Assembly: GCA_964016885.1 (NCBI GenBank)
Contig: CAXHJY010000350.1
Coordinates: 1-47,675, forward strand
DNA length: 47,675 nt
DNA from: Eledone cirrhosa
Lineage: Eukaryota
Reading direction: 5' to 3'
The translations under genes and the position numbers were made by a program. Shown piece by piece: positions 15,865-28,462 of the stretch; position 1 is the first letter of the stretch; every line of letters begins with the position of its first letter. The notes under the pieces were generated by a model. The model searched no databases. It was not told where the DNA came from and was given only the letters and a program-made list of their open reading frames with translations.

Positions 15865-17377
15865 GTAAGTAAAGAATATTTCATGTTATTTTACCCTTTA
15901 GCATTTAAACCGGCCATATCCGGCTAGAATTGTCTCACCTATTTCTGTTCAAACCGGCTGTAGTCGACCACTCATACTCATGTTAAGGTATTGTTCTCAA
16001 AATAAATAATATCCAGATTTCATAGATTGGATATTATGTGAGATAATTATGTGAGGTAAAGCCTTTACCACAAAAATACAATAGTATATCTAGAGTAATA
16101 AAGGGTTAACCCTTTAGCATTTACGATTTACTGTTTTCGATGTTCATCTACATACGGAATGGTCCTCTGTCGGTTTAAATGATGATATTTCAGGTGTCCC
16201 ATCAACTGTACGTCTAACTCGTGGAATTAACGTACAAGTCGATGAACATTCCACAGACATCTGTACCCCTTAACATAATTCTCAGGGAGATTCAGAGTGA
16301 CACAGTATGTGACAAGACTAATCCTTTGAATCACAGTCCATCTTTTACTACGTTAGCTCAAGAGTCGGACGATCGAATCGGATGACTGAATGAATACTCG
16401 TCGTCGAAACGGACGGAGGATTCAGGATTGTTATTAGGTGAGGAGAGTTTCGGAGGCCATATTGTGACTGAGAAACTCTCTCGAGATTCTGGTAACTTCT
16501 AACAGATATCATGATACATTCAACAAATCTTGAGACATTTCTTCTGGAAACAGAAATACCATTACAACAACAACAACAACTACAACACCACCAACAACAA
16601 CATCAACAATAAATTCTTTTCCATAAATCTAAAAGTTAAGAAAAGTGAAGTATAGATAGAAAAAAACAAACAAAAATAAACGGTGCATGATTCGAGCACG
16701 TGACTTCGAAATGAAATTCTTGAAAAATTTCGCAAATTCTTCACTTTAAAATTATTTTTTGTTATTTTTTAATTGAATTTTTTTTCAATTAAATTTCCTT
16801 TTTTTTTAAACTTTTTTTTTACTTTCCAAAGATTTGCAACGAGAAATCTTCAGTTTAGGCATTTTTTTTTTCTTCTTCTTCTTCTTCTTCTTCTTCTTCT
16901 TCTTCTTCTTCTTCTTCTATCTGTTGACAACATCGTTGACGTAGTTGTTTTTGTTGAGGTTCTTGCTGTTAATGTTAATTTTGTTGTTGTTGTATTTCTA
17001 GTTAGAGCGGATACTCAACTTATTTTATTGTTGTTATAAGTGTTGTGGTACATCTAATTGACTGAGTCGTTAAAACGTCGGGTAGAATGTTTTGCAGTAT
17101 TTGTACCACCGGTTAGCTGTGCTCCTTGAGTTCAAATCCCACAGAGGTCAACTTTGCCTTTCATCTTTCTGATGTCGATAAAATTAGGCTAATTAGCCAA
17201 TGTATACTTTAGAGAATACTATATGTTGTGTGAGAACACGACCCCCCCCCCCCCCCGGCGAGAATGGGCTAGACCACTTCATATAGATAGTAGCGGCCTG
17301 AGTAAGTGGGCAACTCTGTACTAGTTCCACAGTTCGTGTGTTGATAGTCGAAGTAGGTACGAATTCCACAGTTCGTG

Positions 17378-17413
<36 letters not shown>

Positions 17414-17429
17414 TAAAATAACAGATTAA

Positions 17430-17480
17430 AGTTTAAGCAAAGAATCGCTGCTTTCACCCTTAACGGGATCTTCTGAAACT
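17430..17480 (-). ncRNA. Hammerhead ribozyme motif with one core substitution (CAGAAGA); partial sister copy at 22268-22312 (+)
   Basis: Minus strand reads agttt-CAGAAGA-t-ccc-gttaa-ggg-t-GAA-AGCA-gcgattctt-TGCT-T-aaact. The 22268 copy retains TGAAGA but lacks the 5' strand of stem I. Confidence 0.58.
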
Positions 17481-17732
17481 AAACAAGTCAATCTGTGAAC
17501 GCAGAAGTAACTATTTCAAAAAACGTTGCAGCCGGAGGAAGACAGGAAGACGATATTTTGGTTCGTGGAAACGTTCCCTATACAAATAAGTAATGGTATA
17601 AACATAACATATACTTAGCTACCACATCAAGACGTAAAATATCCGCGTATAGTTTGTACTTTATATATATATAAACATTTTTGGAAGAAACAGGGAGCTG
17701 TGTGGTTATTTGATAAAGTGTATTTGAAAATA

Positions 17733-17868
17733 AAAGGAAAGCACAAACGGGGGACAATCCCTTCTTCACTTGTCTGCTGGAGATCACGGACATTTCAACG
17801 CATTAAATGTCCGTGATCTCCAGCAGACAACTGAAGAAGGGATTTGTCCCCCGCTTGTGCTTTCCTTT
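17733..17868. repeat. Near-perfect inverted repeat (about 63-bp arms, 9-nt loop) next to (TA)n
   Basis: aaggaaagcacaa...ggagatcacggacattt followed by aaatgtccgtgatctcc...ttgtgctttccttt. Confidence 0.85.
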
Positions 17869-17880
17869 CATTATATATAT

Positions 17881-18060
17881 GGATTGGCAGTATTGGTAGA
17901 GGGTCGGACACCATGCTTTCCAGCATAGTTACGTCCCTTTACGATCTGAGTTCAAATCCTGCCGAGGTTGACTTTGCCTTTCATCCTTACGGGGTCCATA
18001 AAATAAAGTACCAGTAATGCACTGGGTAATTGCTGGCCTTGTGCCTAAAGTAGAAACAAT
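17881..18060 (+). mobile_element. Near full-length main-family SINE (degenerate copy also at about 17055-17185)
   Basis: ggattggcagtattggtagagggtcggac...gagttcaaatcc...gtagaaacaat. Confidence 0.88.
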
Positions 18061-18227
18061 TATATATATATATATATATGAAATATATGGAGAATAGAAA
18101 TGGCTGTGTAGTTACTATTTAAGGTAACTTAAAATGCAGTGGGAATACGAAGAAAGCAAGAACAGGGGGGAGGGGAGTTTTCCTCATCAGTTGTCTACTG
18201 GGGTCTTGGATATTTCTGCGCTTTAAA

Positions 18228-18273
<46 letters not shown>

Positions 18274-18444
18274 TGGCCATACTCGATAACGAGGGGGCAG
18301 CCATCATATATATATATATATATATGTTTGTGTATATATATATATATATATGTTTGTGTATATATATGTATATATATATAAGTTTGTGTATATATATGTA
18401 TTTATATATATATATGTATGTATATATATATATATATATATATA

Positions 18445-18659
18445 CGTAGGTCCCGGGTTGAGTCGGGGATAACCACAGTAAGTAAGGTACTCAATACATG
18501 GCAGAGTAACATTTTTTTATTTTATAGAAGGAGCTTCTACAGGACTAGTACTGTTTCATTCAGATGAAATCTTCAGGAAGCTCCTGAAGCTTCCTGAAGA
18601 TTTCATCTGAATGAAACAGTACTAGTCCTGTAGAAGCTCCTTCTATAAAATAAAAAAAT
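18445..18659 (-). mobile_element. Penelope-like pseudo-LTR remnant with perfect 72-bp inverted duplication, embedded in (TA)n
   Basis: Arms 18511-18582 and 18588-18659 are exact reverse complements around a 5-nt loop and contain the hammerhead. The tail 18445-18508 recurs in the opposite orientation at about 47594-47655. Confidence 0.62.
18588..18638 (+). ncRNA. Type I hammerhead ribozyme motif (mirror copy on the - strand at 18532-18582)
   Basis: agcttc-CTGAAGA-t-ttc-atct-gaa-t-GAA-ACAG-tactagtc-CTGT-A-gaagct: 6-bp stem I, core CUGANGA and GAAA, short stem II closed by U.U, 4-bp stem III, GUA cleavage triplet. Confidence 0.72.
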
Positions 18660-18726
18660 ATATATATATATATATATATGTATGTGTATATATATGTGTA
18701 TGAATATATATGTATGTATATATATG

Positions 18727-18759
<33 letters not shown>

Positions 18760-19055
18760 TTGTATTTTTATCTAGTTCATTATGTCCTTCAATTATTCCT
18801 TCTGTCCCACCAAGAGCCCCTTCCTCCCAACTATTATCCTTAGAAATCGATCTCAACAGGAACATTTACCCTAATCCAAAATCAATATAAGCCACATGGC
18901 CAGGTACAACGAAGTTTATCATTTTCAGCTAATCTTGTCAATACCCTATCTCTTTTCTTTCTCTCTCTGTCTCACTCTCTCTATCTCTCTCGAACCACAC
19001 ACACACATGCACACACACATATATATATATGTATATACATATATATATACATATT

Positions 19056-19111
<56 letters not shown>

Positions 19112-19130
19112 AATAAATATATATACACGT

Positions 19131-19171
<41 letters not shown>

Positions 19172-19211
19172 TATATACACGTGTTTATATATATATATAT
19201 ATATATGTATA

Positions 19212-19266
<55 letters not shown>

Positions 19267-19349
19267 ATATATGTTTATTTATATATATATATATATATGT
19301 TTATATATATATATATATATGTTTATTTATATATATATATATGTTTATT

Positions 19350-19658
<309 letters not shown>

Positions 19659-19896
19659 GTGTTTATATATATATATATATATACACACACATATATATAT
19701 ATATGTGTGTGTGTATGTATAAATATATAAATATATATACGCACGTACATACGTATATTCCCGCCGTGTATGTGTGAATGTATGCATATGTATGTGTGCA
19801 TGTGTGCATATGTATGTGTATGTGTGTGTATGTAGAACCACTAACTACAGTGTTTAGTGTTTGGTCGCAGTAATTAGCAACCACATTGCAAAGGTT

Positions 19897-20002
19897 TCTT
19901 CTTCTTCTTCTTCTTCTTCTTCTTCTTCTTCTTCTTCTTCTTCTTCTTCTTCGCCCACGTATTCCTGAGAGAGCCGTGGGGGCAGAGTCCTCACATGCCG
20001 TG
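19897..20002 (-). mobile_element. Very short 3' end of the same RTE family with (GAA)n tail, opposite orientation
   Basis: The reverse complement ctgcccccacggctctctcaggaatacgtgggc(gaa)n matches ttgcccccacgactctctcaggaataagtggac(gaa)n at about 20789-20878. Confidence 0.8.
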
Positions 20003-20055
20003 TGTTCAGCTCCTTTCTCCTACAACGAGTTGTGTCAGGCAGACAGCATCAGCCA

Positions 20056-20370
20056 TGAAAAGACCAATAGAAACATTGTTTATTTGATCTGATCATCAAA
20101 TCAGCTCCTTTCTTCTGACAGGAGTTTTGACCAACAGATAGTATCAGTAATGGAAAGACCAATGGAAACATTGTTTCCTTGGTCTGACCATCAGATCAGC
20201 TCTTTTCTTCTGCCAGGAGTATCAGTAATTGTATCAGCAATCGAAAATCCAATGGAATCATAGTTTAACTGGTCCGATCTGAGGATCGACTCGTTTCTTT
20301 TCTTTTGCTATTAATAGTTACTGACATATTGTTTCAACAATAGAAGGACTAATAGAAACATTGTTTCCTT
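20056..20370. repeat. Degenerate tandem repeat of about 95 bp (3 units plus a partial)
   Basis: The motif gaaa.gaccaat.gaaacattgttt recurs near 20056, 20152, 20243 and 20343. Confidence 0.65.
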
Positions 20371-20424
20371 AATGAGATTTATCTTTCCGTTTCTTTTACC
20401 TTTTTTTTTTTACTGCTGTTGTCA

Positions 20425-20878
20425 GTAAAGAATACGATCGCGAATACAAACGGCCGAAATGGGATTCCTCCGAAGGTTCTTTGGAGTAACGTTACTCGAT
20501 AAAGTGCATAGCTCGGAGTTCGGAGAATCACTTCAGGCAGAGCTGCTACTTCTCCGAATTGGGAGATCGCAGCTGCAAAACTATGGACATAAGGTAGAAT
20601 GTCTCAGGAAAGAATCGCTGGACAGATTTTACAGACAAAACCAACCAGTAAGAGATCCAGGGGTAGACCCCGAGCAAGATGGCTGGATGACATCCATGAG
20701 CTTGGCTAATCACGCTTGGAGGATCCAACCGGATCAATTGGAGACGGTTGCTTCTGACAGGACTTGTTGGAAGGAGAGTTTAAAGATTTTGCCCCCACGA
20801 CTCTCTCAGGAATAAGTGGACGAAGAAGAAGAAGAAGAAGAAGAAGAAGAAGAAGAAGAAGAAGAAGAAGAAGAAGAA
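20425..20878 (+). mobile_element. RTE-clade LINE 3' fragment with (GAA)n tail
   Basis: RSRIQTAEMGFLRR..GVTLLDKV..LLLRIGRSQL..YGH and, after a frameshift, KRSRGRPRARWLDDI, typical of an RTE ORF C-terminus. Stop at 20815, then (GAA)n. Confidence 0.85.
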
Positions 20879-21272
20879 ATTGTCAGGTCACGGGCCAAAG
20901 AATTCCCATTCAGATCGTTATCTTATGTTATATGGGGTAATTTGGAGGTAAATTTAGCTGTTGTTTTTCGTGGCATATCAAGGGTATCAACGATGGGGTG
21001 ATCCTCATGAAGCAGGTATCATCTGTGTTAAGGTGTGATGCTTTATTTTATAACATAGTGTATTATTTCTCAAATAATCCTTGTTAATGATCTCGGGTGG
21101 AAGTCACTTATTTTAACCCATTTTTAAAACAATTTTGCTTAACTTATTTCATTTTTATGTTTTTTTTATTTCATTTTTATTTCATTAACATTTTGTTGTT
21201 GTTGTTGTTGTTGTTTCCTTCGTAAAATTCAAATGCAACACTTCAGCTGATCTTAATCCTGTGTCAAGTGAT

Positions 21273-21380
<108 letters not shown>

Positions 21381-21430
21381 ATTCTCTACTTCTCTACATA
21401 CCTATCTATATCTCTTATTCCTGCTCGCTC

Positions 21431-21532
<102 letters not shown>

Positions 21533-21534
21533 AT

Positions 21535-22187
21535 AGGTGGCTCGCTGTCTCATCCAAAGACGTGCCCAGAGTCATGCAGACAAAGTTTCCAGCGACAACA
21601 TTGGTGTTAGGTGTCGTCAGCAGTCAAGGTGACGTCATGCCACCTCACTTCTTCCCTGAGGGCCTTAAGCTGAACACCGATGGCTACATCCGCGTTCTGA
21701 GCGAAGTAGTAAAGCTCTGGATCGACCAGGTAGCTGCAGGTAGGCCGTACGTGTGGCAGCAAGACTCAGTGCCCTGCCATACCAGCCGAAAGACCCAAGC
21801 CTGGCTGTCAGAGAACTTCGTCGACCACACTTCACCTGACATCTGGCCTCCCAGCTCGCCTGACTGCAACCCCCTCGACTTCTTTGTGTGGGGCGCAGTG
21901 GAACGAGACACCAACAGATCTAGCTGCAATACGAAAGACGATCTGAAGGCCAGGATCACAAGTGCCTTTAGGAGCCTAAGTCAGGGGACAGTGACGAAGG
22001 CCTGTAGCCGGTTCCGAGGCCGCCTTGAGGCCGTTATCAAAGCCAATGGCGGGTTTATCGAGTGAGATCGAAAGAACAAGTCATGAAGACAAACTGACCC
22101 AAGTTTGATAAATAAATCTTAAAAAATAAAACTAGTGTTATTTTTTCCTAGACAGTAATCTTGCGAACAGATATCGTCCGCACCCTG
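21535..22187 (+). mobile_element. 5'-truncated Tc1/mariner transposon, DD37D (maT) transposase C-terminal half plus right TIR
   Basis: Open frame to the stop at 22065 with WQQDSVPCH...WPPSSPDCNPLDFFVWG; 37 residues counted between the 2nd and 3rd catalytic Asp. Ends ...gtccgcaccctg (CAGGGTG-type TIR) before (TA)n. The ORF-track N-terminus is only microsatellite. Confidence 0.9.
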
Positions 22188-22189
22188 AA

Positions 22190-22271
<82 letters not shown>

Positions 22272-22459
22272 GATCCCGTTAAGGGTGAAAGCAGCGATTC
22301 TTTGCTTAAACTTTAATCTGTTATTTTAATAAATATTTGCTCTACGGTTCTTATATATTTGATATATATTTTCCTTATCGAGCCCTGAAAGCAAAACCTT
22401 TTGCTTTTAAGAAACCACTGGTAAATGGAATAATTGCCTTATGTTGTTTATTACATAAT

Positions 22460-22518
<59 letters not shown>

Positions 22519-22887
22519 TCATCTCTGTCTCATCTCTCTCTCTCTCTCTCCATCGATCCACCCCCTCTCTATCTATTAATCTCTCATTATCTTTCTTTCC
22601 TTCTATTTCTCTATAAATCTTACCAAAAAATGTTTATATTTATTTTTTATTTTTTTTTTTAAATTTATTCTTTTTACTTTTTTTCCAAAACATTTTGTCT
22701 CCTTCTTACATCATTTTCGAAAGATTATTTTCATCTCAGTGACATATAGAAGATATTAAATCTAATCTTTTAATTCACGGACTACATCTTATATATGTAA
22801 CCGAAGCAGACTGGGTCTTAAAACTGTCACTGTCATTCTGGTGTCAGTAACAATAAACTGCTAACTACTGGGGGGGGGGGGGGGGGC

Positions 22888-23590
22888 AGAGGTGTGACTT
22901 CACTGCTCAGCTAAGATGACACTGACTAACAGACTACTGAGGGCTAGAGGTGTGTTTTTACTGCTCAAGTAAGGTGACACTGACTAACAGACTACTGAGG
23001 GCTAGAGGTGTGTTTTTACTGCTCAGCTAAGGTGACACTGACTAACAGACTACTGAGGGCTAGAGGTGTGTTTTTACTGCTCAAGTAAGATGACACTGAC
23101 TAACAGACTACTGAGGGCTAGAGGTGTGTTTTTACTGCTCAGCTAAGGTGACACTGACTAACAGACTACTCAGGGCCAGTGGTGTGTTTTAACTGCTCAG
23201 GTAAGGTGACACTGACTAACAGACTACTCAGGGCCAGTGGTGTGTTTTAACTGCTCAGCTAAGGTGACACTGACTAACAGACTACTCAGGGCCAGTGGTG
23301 TGTTTTAACTGCTCAGGTAAGGTGACACTGACTAACAGACTACTCAGGGCCAGAGGTGTGTTTTTACTGCTCAACTAAGGTGACACTGACTAACAGACTA
23401 CTGAGAGCCAGAGGTGTGTTTTCACTGCTCAGCTAAGGTGACACTGACTAACAGACTACTGAGGGCTAGAGGTGTGTTTTTACTGCTCAGCTAAGGTGAC
23501 ACTGACTAACAAACCACTCAGGGCCAGTGGTGTGTCTTCACTGCTCAGGTAATGTGACACTGACTAACAAATAGCTGAAGGTCAGAGATG
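22888..23590. repeat. 58-bp minisatellite, about 12 copies
   Basis: Unit gaggtgtgtttttactgctcagctaaggtgacactgactaacagactactgagggcta; period measured from 22921 to 22979. Confidence 0.93.
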
Positions 23591-23591
23591 T

Positions 23592-23770
23592 GTTTTCATT
23601 GCCCAGCTAATAATCGACCCCAGTACTAGGCTGGTACTTTTTTTAATCAACCGCCAAAGGATTAATGGTAAAGTTGACCTCAGTGGGATTTGAACTCAGA
23701 ACACAGAACTAGAACAAAGACTGTAAAACATCCTATCCAATATTCTAACAACTCTGCCTATTCGCCGCCA
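23592..23770 (-). mobile_element. Degenerate main-family SINE
   Basis: atcgaccccagtac...aaagttgacctcagtgggatttgaactcaga...ctctgcctattcgccgcc. Confidence 0.7.
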
Positions 23771-24902
23771 GTTCTACTGCGCATTTATATAAAACAGTTA
23801 TATATAATATAACTGTATATTACAGTTTTATAAACCATTTATATGATTTAGCTGTGTAGTCCAGTTACAGAAAATATCTGTATATAGTAGATATATATAG
23901 CTGAAAAGAGTAGAGCTTTATAAAACAGCTACACGATACACTAAGCTATATTACACACCATTTAGCTATAAAGATATCTAAATCTAGGATTAGAAATGAC
24001 AGAATCTAACAGATTAAATGAAATACAATGAAGATATAACACCATCTTATTTCTGATTTTATGAGATTTAACGTCGATGTTTGATTGGTTGAAGCTGAGA
24101 GAAGTAAAAAAAAAAAATAGATTCATCTTTTACACATAATTGTTATGGGGAAGTGAAAAGAAATTAAGAAATACTTCGCTATCTCACTGTTGTAAGTTCA
24201 AATCTTAACAAAATCAACCTTCTTTTACTGGCTGCTTCTTATTTTTGTTCGTTTTTGTTATGAAGGTAGGACCATATTAAACCATGACTGAGCCCTTATG
24301 TTTTCAGCTATTTCGGGGTTCCTTTCACCATCAAGCCATTAAAAGGGAAAACAAAAAGAAAAGAAAAAAAAAAAATTGTAGGCTCTTAGTTCCTGTAGGG
24401 CTCCAGGTTTCAACCTAGTCAGTATATGAATAATAACCCCCTTTATTGAAGGGGTGAAGAGGTACTTAGCTGTCCCACTGTCGTAAGTTCAAATATTAAC
24501 AAAATCAACCATTTTTTCACTGGCTGTTCATTTTTGTTGCTTGTAATTTTTTTTTTACTTGATTAATGGTTACGGGGTGGGAATGAATTTAGTAATACAG
24601 GTAAAATTCCGTATTACGAATACCATTATAACGAATTTTTCAGTATAGCGAAATTTTTTTCAATCCCCGGCCACACGCTCGATGTGTTAGGTCGATCTTG
24701 TTATAAAGAATTTTTCGTTACAACGAATTTTTTTATACCCCATGAATTTCGTTATATCGGAATTTCACTGTATTAACTTTGAACATCCTCTAATGATTTA
24801 GCAGAAAATGCATTAAAAAGAGTTTGTTAATTCAAATATTAACAATATCTTTACTAGTGGACAGATCATTGTGAACATTTATATTGTTAAAGTACAGACT
24901 TA

Positions 24903-25312
24903 AGGCGGTGGATTGGCGGAATCGGTAGAGCGTCGGACAACATGCTTAGTGGCATAGAGTTATGACCTTTTACGTTCTGAGTTCAAATCCCACCATGATT
25001 AGCTTTGCCTTTCATCCTTACGGGGGGGTCGTTGAAATGCAATACCAGTAATGCACTGGGGTTCGATTTAACCGACTTTCCATTTCCCCCCAAAATTGTT
25101 GGCCTTGTGCCTAAATCAGAAAACATTGGGATTGGCAGTATCGGTAGAGCGTCAGACACCATGCTTTGGAGTATAGAGTTATGGCCCTTTACGTTCTGAG
25201 TTCAAATCACGCCGAGGTTAACTTTGCCTTTCATCCTTACGGGGGGTCGATATAATAAAGTACCAGTAATGCACTGGGGTAATTGCTGGCCTTGTGCCAA
25301 AAGTAGAAACAA

Positions 25313-25315
<3 letters not shown>
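24903..25315 (+). mobile_element. Two tandem main-family SINEs
   Basis: Heads at about 24903 (ggcggtggattggcggaatcggtagagcg) and about 25128, each with B-box, core and tail. Confidence 0.87.
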
Positions 25316-25348
<33 letters not shown>

Positions 25349-25654
25349 TTTTTTTAATGTCTTGCTGATGTGGTTTCATGTGGTACAGGATGTTAAAAGT
25401 GAATACATAAGTTCTTTGAAATGTTCGTCAGAGGTGTCAACTGATATTAATTAACTATTATTTTTTCTAAGTAGATAGTGTTAGTATAATTAGTGTGTGG
25501 AGGTGGTGGTGGTGGGGTTACTGTGGTGGGGGGAGGGAGAATGAGTGCATAGCGGTGGTGGGAGTGGGGATAGAGGAGGTAGTAGGGCTGGAATATCAGA
25601 TTTATTGAAGGAAATGAATGAGCAGAAAGTCAGGAAAGCATTCTCATTGTACAT

Positions 25655-25720
<66 letters not shown>

Positions 25721-25724
25721 GTGT

Positions 25725-25760
<36 letters not shown>

Positions 25761-25846
25761 TGTATGTACTGTTTATATACACATACAGTATATACACACG
25801 CTCTATATATTGTATATATACAGTGTGTGTGTGTATATATATGTAT

Positions 25847-25909
<63 letters not shown>

Positions 25910-26018
25910 GTGTGTATATATATGTATATATATATATATATATATACACTATATGTATTGTTTATACACATACAGTATATACACACGCTGTATATATTGT
26001 TATATTGTATATATACAA

Positions 26019-26050
<32 letters not shown>

Positions 26051-26055
26051 CATAC

Positions 26056-26172
<117 letters not shown>

Positions 26173-26291
26173 GTATATATACACACTGTATGTACTGTTT
26201 ATTTACACACGGTGTATGTATTGTGTATATACATGTATACACAAACGTGTGTGTGTATGTACATGCATAAACGAGCATGTATATACATAGT

Positions 26292-26680
26292 GGGACGTAG
26301 TAAGGCTAAATGGTTAAGAAGTCCGCTTCGCAATCATTAGATCTCAGGTTCAATCCCACGACCTGGTATGTTGGACAAGTGTCATTTACCATAGCCTTGG
26401 TTTCACTCAAACCTTGTGAGTGAAATTGGGTAGACAGAAACTGTGTGGAAGTCTGTCAGATGGATTGTAACTGACATATTTATGAATTGTTTGCTGTTGT
26501 TGGACCTCCGTCAGTTTCGACCGCGAGTGTTCCGGTTGTTTAAACAACGGAAATGTCAGCTCGTGAAATTACTGAGCAAGTGCCTGAGCATTCCAAAGGT
26601 ACGTACACCTTTTAATGTATTATTCATGGAGCTACAGTGTTGCGTAGATGTAGCAAAGCTGTGTGGACTGGAGAAACATA
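26292..26680 (+). mobile_element. Degenerate SINE-type repeats (tRNA-like head plus a segment also seen at about 16163-16335)
   Basis: ggctaaatggttaagaag...caggttcaatccca head; ctcgtgaaatta...agcattcca...gtacacc.ttaa is shared with 16218-16290. Confidence 0.55.
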
Positions 26681-26753
26681 GAGCCACGAATCAAACTCCC
26701 CTTATGATCATTAGCCGAAAGCCCTAACCAAAAAACCACAAACTTTCATTACA

Positions 26754-27130
26754 CAGGTAAAATTCCGTTATAACGAATACCATTATAACGAATTTTTCAG
26801 TATAACGAAATTTATTTTCAATCCCCGAGGTAATAACAAACAAACGGTTGATTTATTTCGGTCGATCTCGTTATAAAGAATTTTTTGTTACAACGAATTT
26901 TTTTCATACCTCGTGAATTTTGTTATAACAGAATTTCACTGTACAGGTAAACATCCGTTATAACGAATACCATTATAATGAATTTTCAGCATAACGAATT
27001 TTTTTTCAATCCCCGAGGTAATGACAATCAAACGCTCAATTTGTTTTGGTTGATCTCGTTATAAAGAATTTTTTGTTACAGCGAATTTATTTTTATACCC
27101 CGTGAATTTCGTTATGACGGAATTTCACTG
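26754..27130 (+). mobile_element. Tandem dimer of an approximately 180-bp TA-flanked MITE (Tc1/mariner-pogo type)
   Basis: TIRs caggtaaaattccgttataacgaa / ttcgttataacggaatttcactg. The two copies (26754-26941 and 26944-27130) share one TA. Confidence 0.85.
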
Positions 27131-27134
27131 TATT

Positions 27135-27576
27135 AATGATTTCTAATTTAGGCACAAGGCCTGCAATTTTGTAAGGGAAAAGAAAGTCGTTTATATCAAC
27201 CCCGGTACTTGACTGGAACTTAATTCAACCATCTTGGAAGACTGAAAGGCAAAGGTGATTCCGGTGGGATTTGAACACAGGATATAAAATCCAGGAACAA
27301 ATTCCGCAAAGCATTTTATCTGACGCTCTAACGATTCTGCCAAACCACCACCCTCCTTTCATATCGAAAAGCCTAGCTTAACTGCTTTCAATATTTTAAA
27401 GATGGCAGTATCGGTAGAGGGTCGGATGCCATGCTTTCCAGCATAGTTACGTCCCTTTACGATCTGAGTTCAAATCCGGCCGAGGTTAACTTTGCCTTTC
27501 ATCCTTACGGAGTCGATAAAATAAGGTACCAGTAATGTACTGGGTAATTGCTGGCCTTGTGCCTATAATAGAAACA
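27135..27576. mobile_element. Divergent pair of main-family SINEs (about 27135-27350 on -, 27403-27576 on +)
   Basis: Family motifs in opposite orientations; the + copy has a 13-bp TSD aatattttaaaga at 27390-27402 and 27577-27589. Confidence 0.82.
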
Positions 27577-28282
27577 AATATTTTAAAGAGCATCTTCAGT
27601 AGGAAGAGCAAACAAAAATAATTAACAAATGCTGTGTTGACAGTTGTAGCAGAATAGCTCCCGCATATATATATTTGAATATAAATTTCTGCGACTCTAT
27701 CACAACACGTAAAGAGAGAGGAGTAGTTTGTCTACCTCATACTACTCCTCTCTCTTTACGTCTGTTACGTGTGTGAATGTATATGTGAATATAAAAGGAA
27801 GGAAGGAAGGAAGGAAGGGGATGGTGAAAAAACTACGCTGGGTGTGTGTGTGTGTGTGTGTATGTGTGTGTGTTTGTGTAAATGTATGTTTGTTTGAATG
27901 TATGTGTATTTTTCCAAAGTATGTCTGTGGGTGTATATTTTTCTAAGCGTGTCTGCGTTTGCATGTTTATATTTATATACTCACTAGCATTAAAGCCCGG
28001 CGTTGTTCGGGGTCAGTAAGTTACCAAAGTTAGGTTGCACCACCCATTTTATGGCAGCACTTTTTTGTCTGCCAGGCACTGGGTGAATGAATTGCAGACC
28101 TGGACTGCCGAAGCAGGAGCTGTGCCAGCAGTGACAATTGTAGTTTCGCCTATGGATATTATCTCTGTGCAAAGGAGTGTTGAAATTTATTGTTTCACAG
28201 TACTTGCGCAACACGCGCGTAGACGATGCCAGCCGAACAACAGAGCTGCGATGGAGTTGTTCTGCATGGTTGTCTAATGTGT

Positions 28283-28462
28283 GTTTTCTAAATTTAAGAC
28301 AGTAGGGAGGGGTGTGATATGGGGGAGAGTTAGCTGCTGTTTCTAGCAGTTTTAGTGACCTCATAGAGGATATGTTTTCTAAATTTAAGACAATAGGGAG
28401 TGGTGTGATATGGGGGAGAGTTAGCTGCTGTTTCTAGCAGGTTTAGTGACCTCATAGAGGAT
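28283..28462. repeat. Direct tandem duplication of about 90 bp (SINE-tail-like)
   Basis: tgttttctaaatttaagaca.taggga...gagagttagctgctgtttctagcag.tttagtgacctcatagaggata appears twice. Confidence 0.85.

Noticed and set aside
15745-15927. ORF-track 60-aa ORF over the EF-hand exon
   Set aside because: Wrong reading frame. The real exon is 15721-15864, in the frame giving FDKDGDG.
17825-17868. Hammerhead at CTGAAGAAGGGATTTGTCCC (similar motif on - near 14620-14645)
   Set aside because: It has a CUGANGA box and a small hairpin but no following GAAA or NUH/stem III.
22888-23590. CRISPR-like appearance of the 58-bp array (also the 41-bp array at 31598-32208)
   Set aside because: The units are contiguous near-identical tandem copies with no unique spacers, there are no cas genes, and the context is a eukaryotic intron.
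24903-24995. tRNA genes suggested by A/B boxes
   Set aside because: The boxes are heads of SINEs that continue into the shared SINE body, and no complete cloverleaf was seen.
27983-28280. Possible Helitron/Helentron-type end (actagcattaaagcccggcgttgttcggg) and short ORFs
   Set aside because: Only a weak resemblance to a subterminal hairpin; no matching other end or Rep/helicase motif was found.
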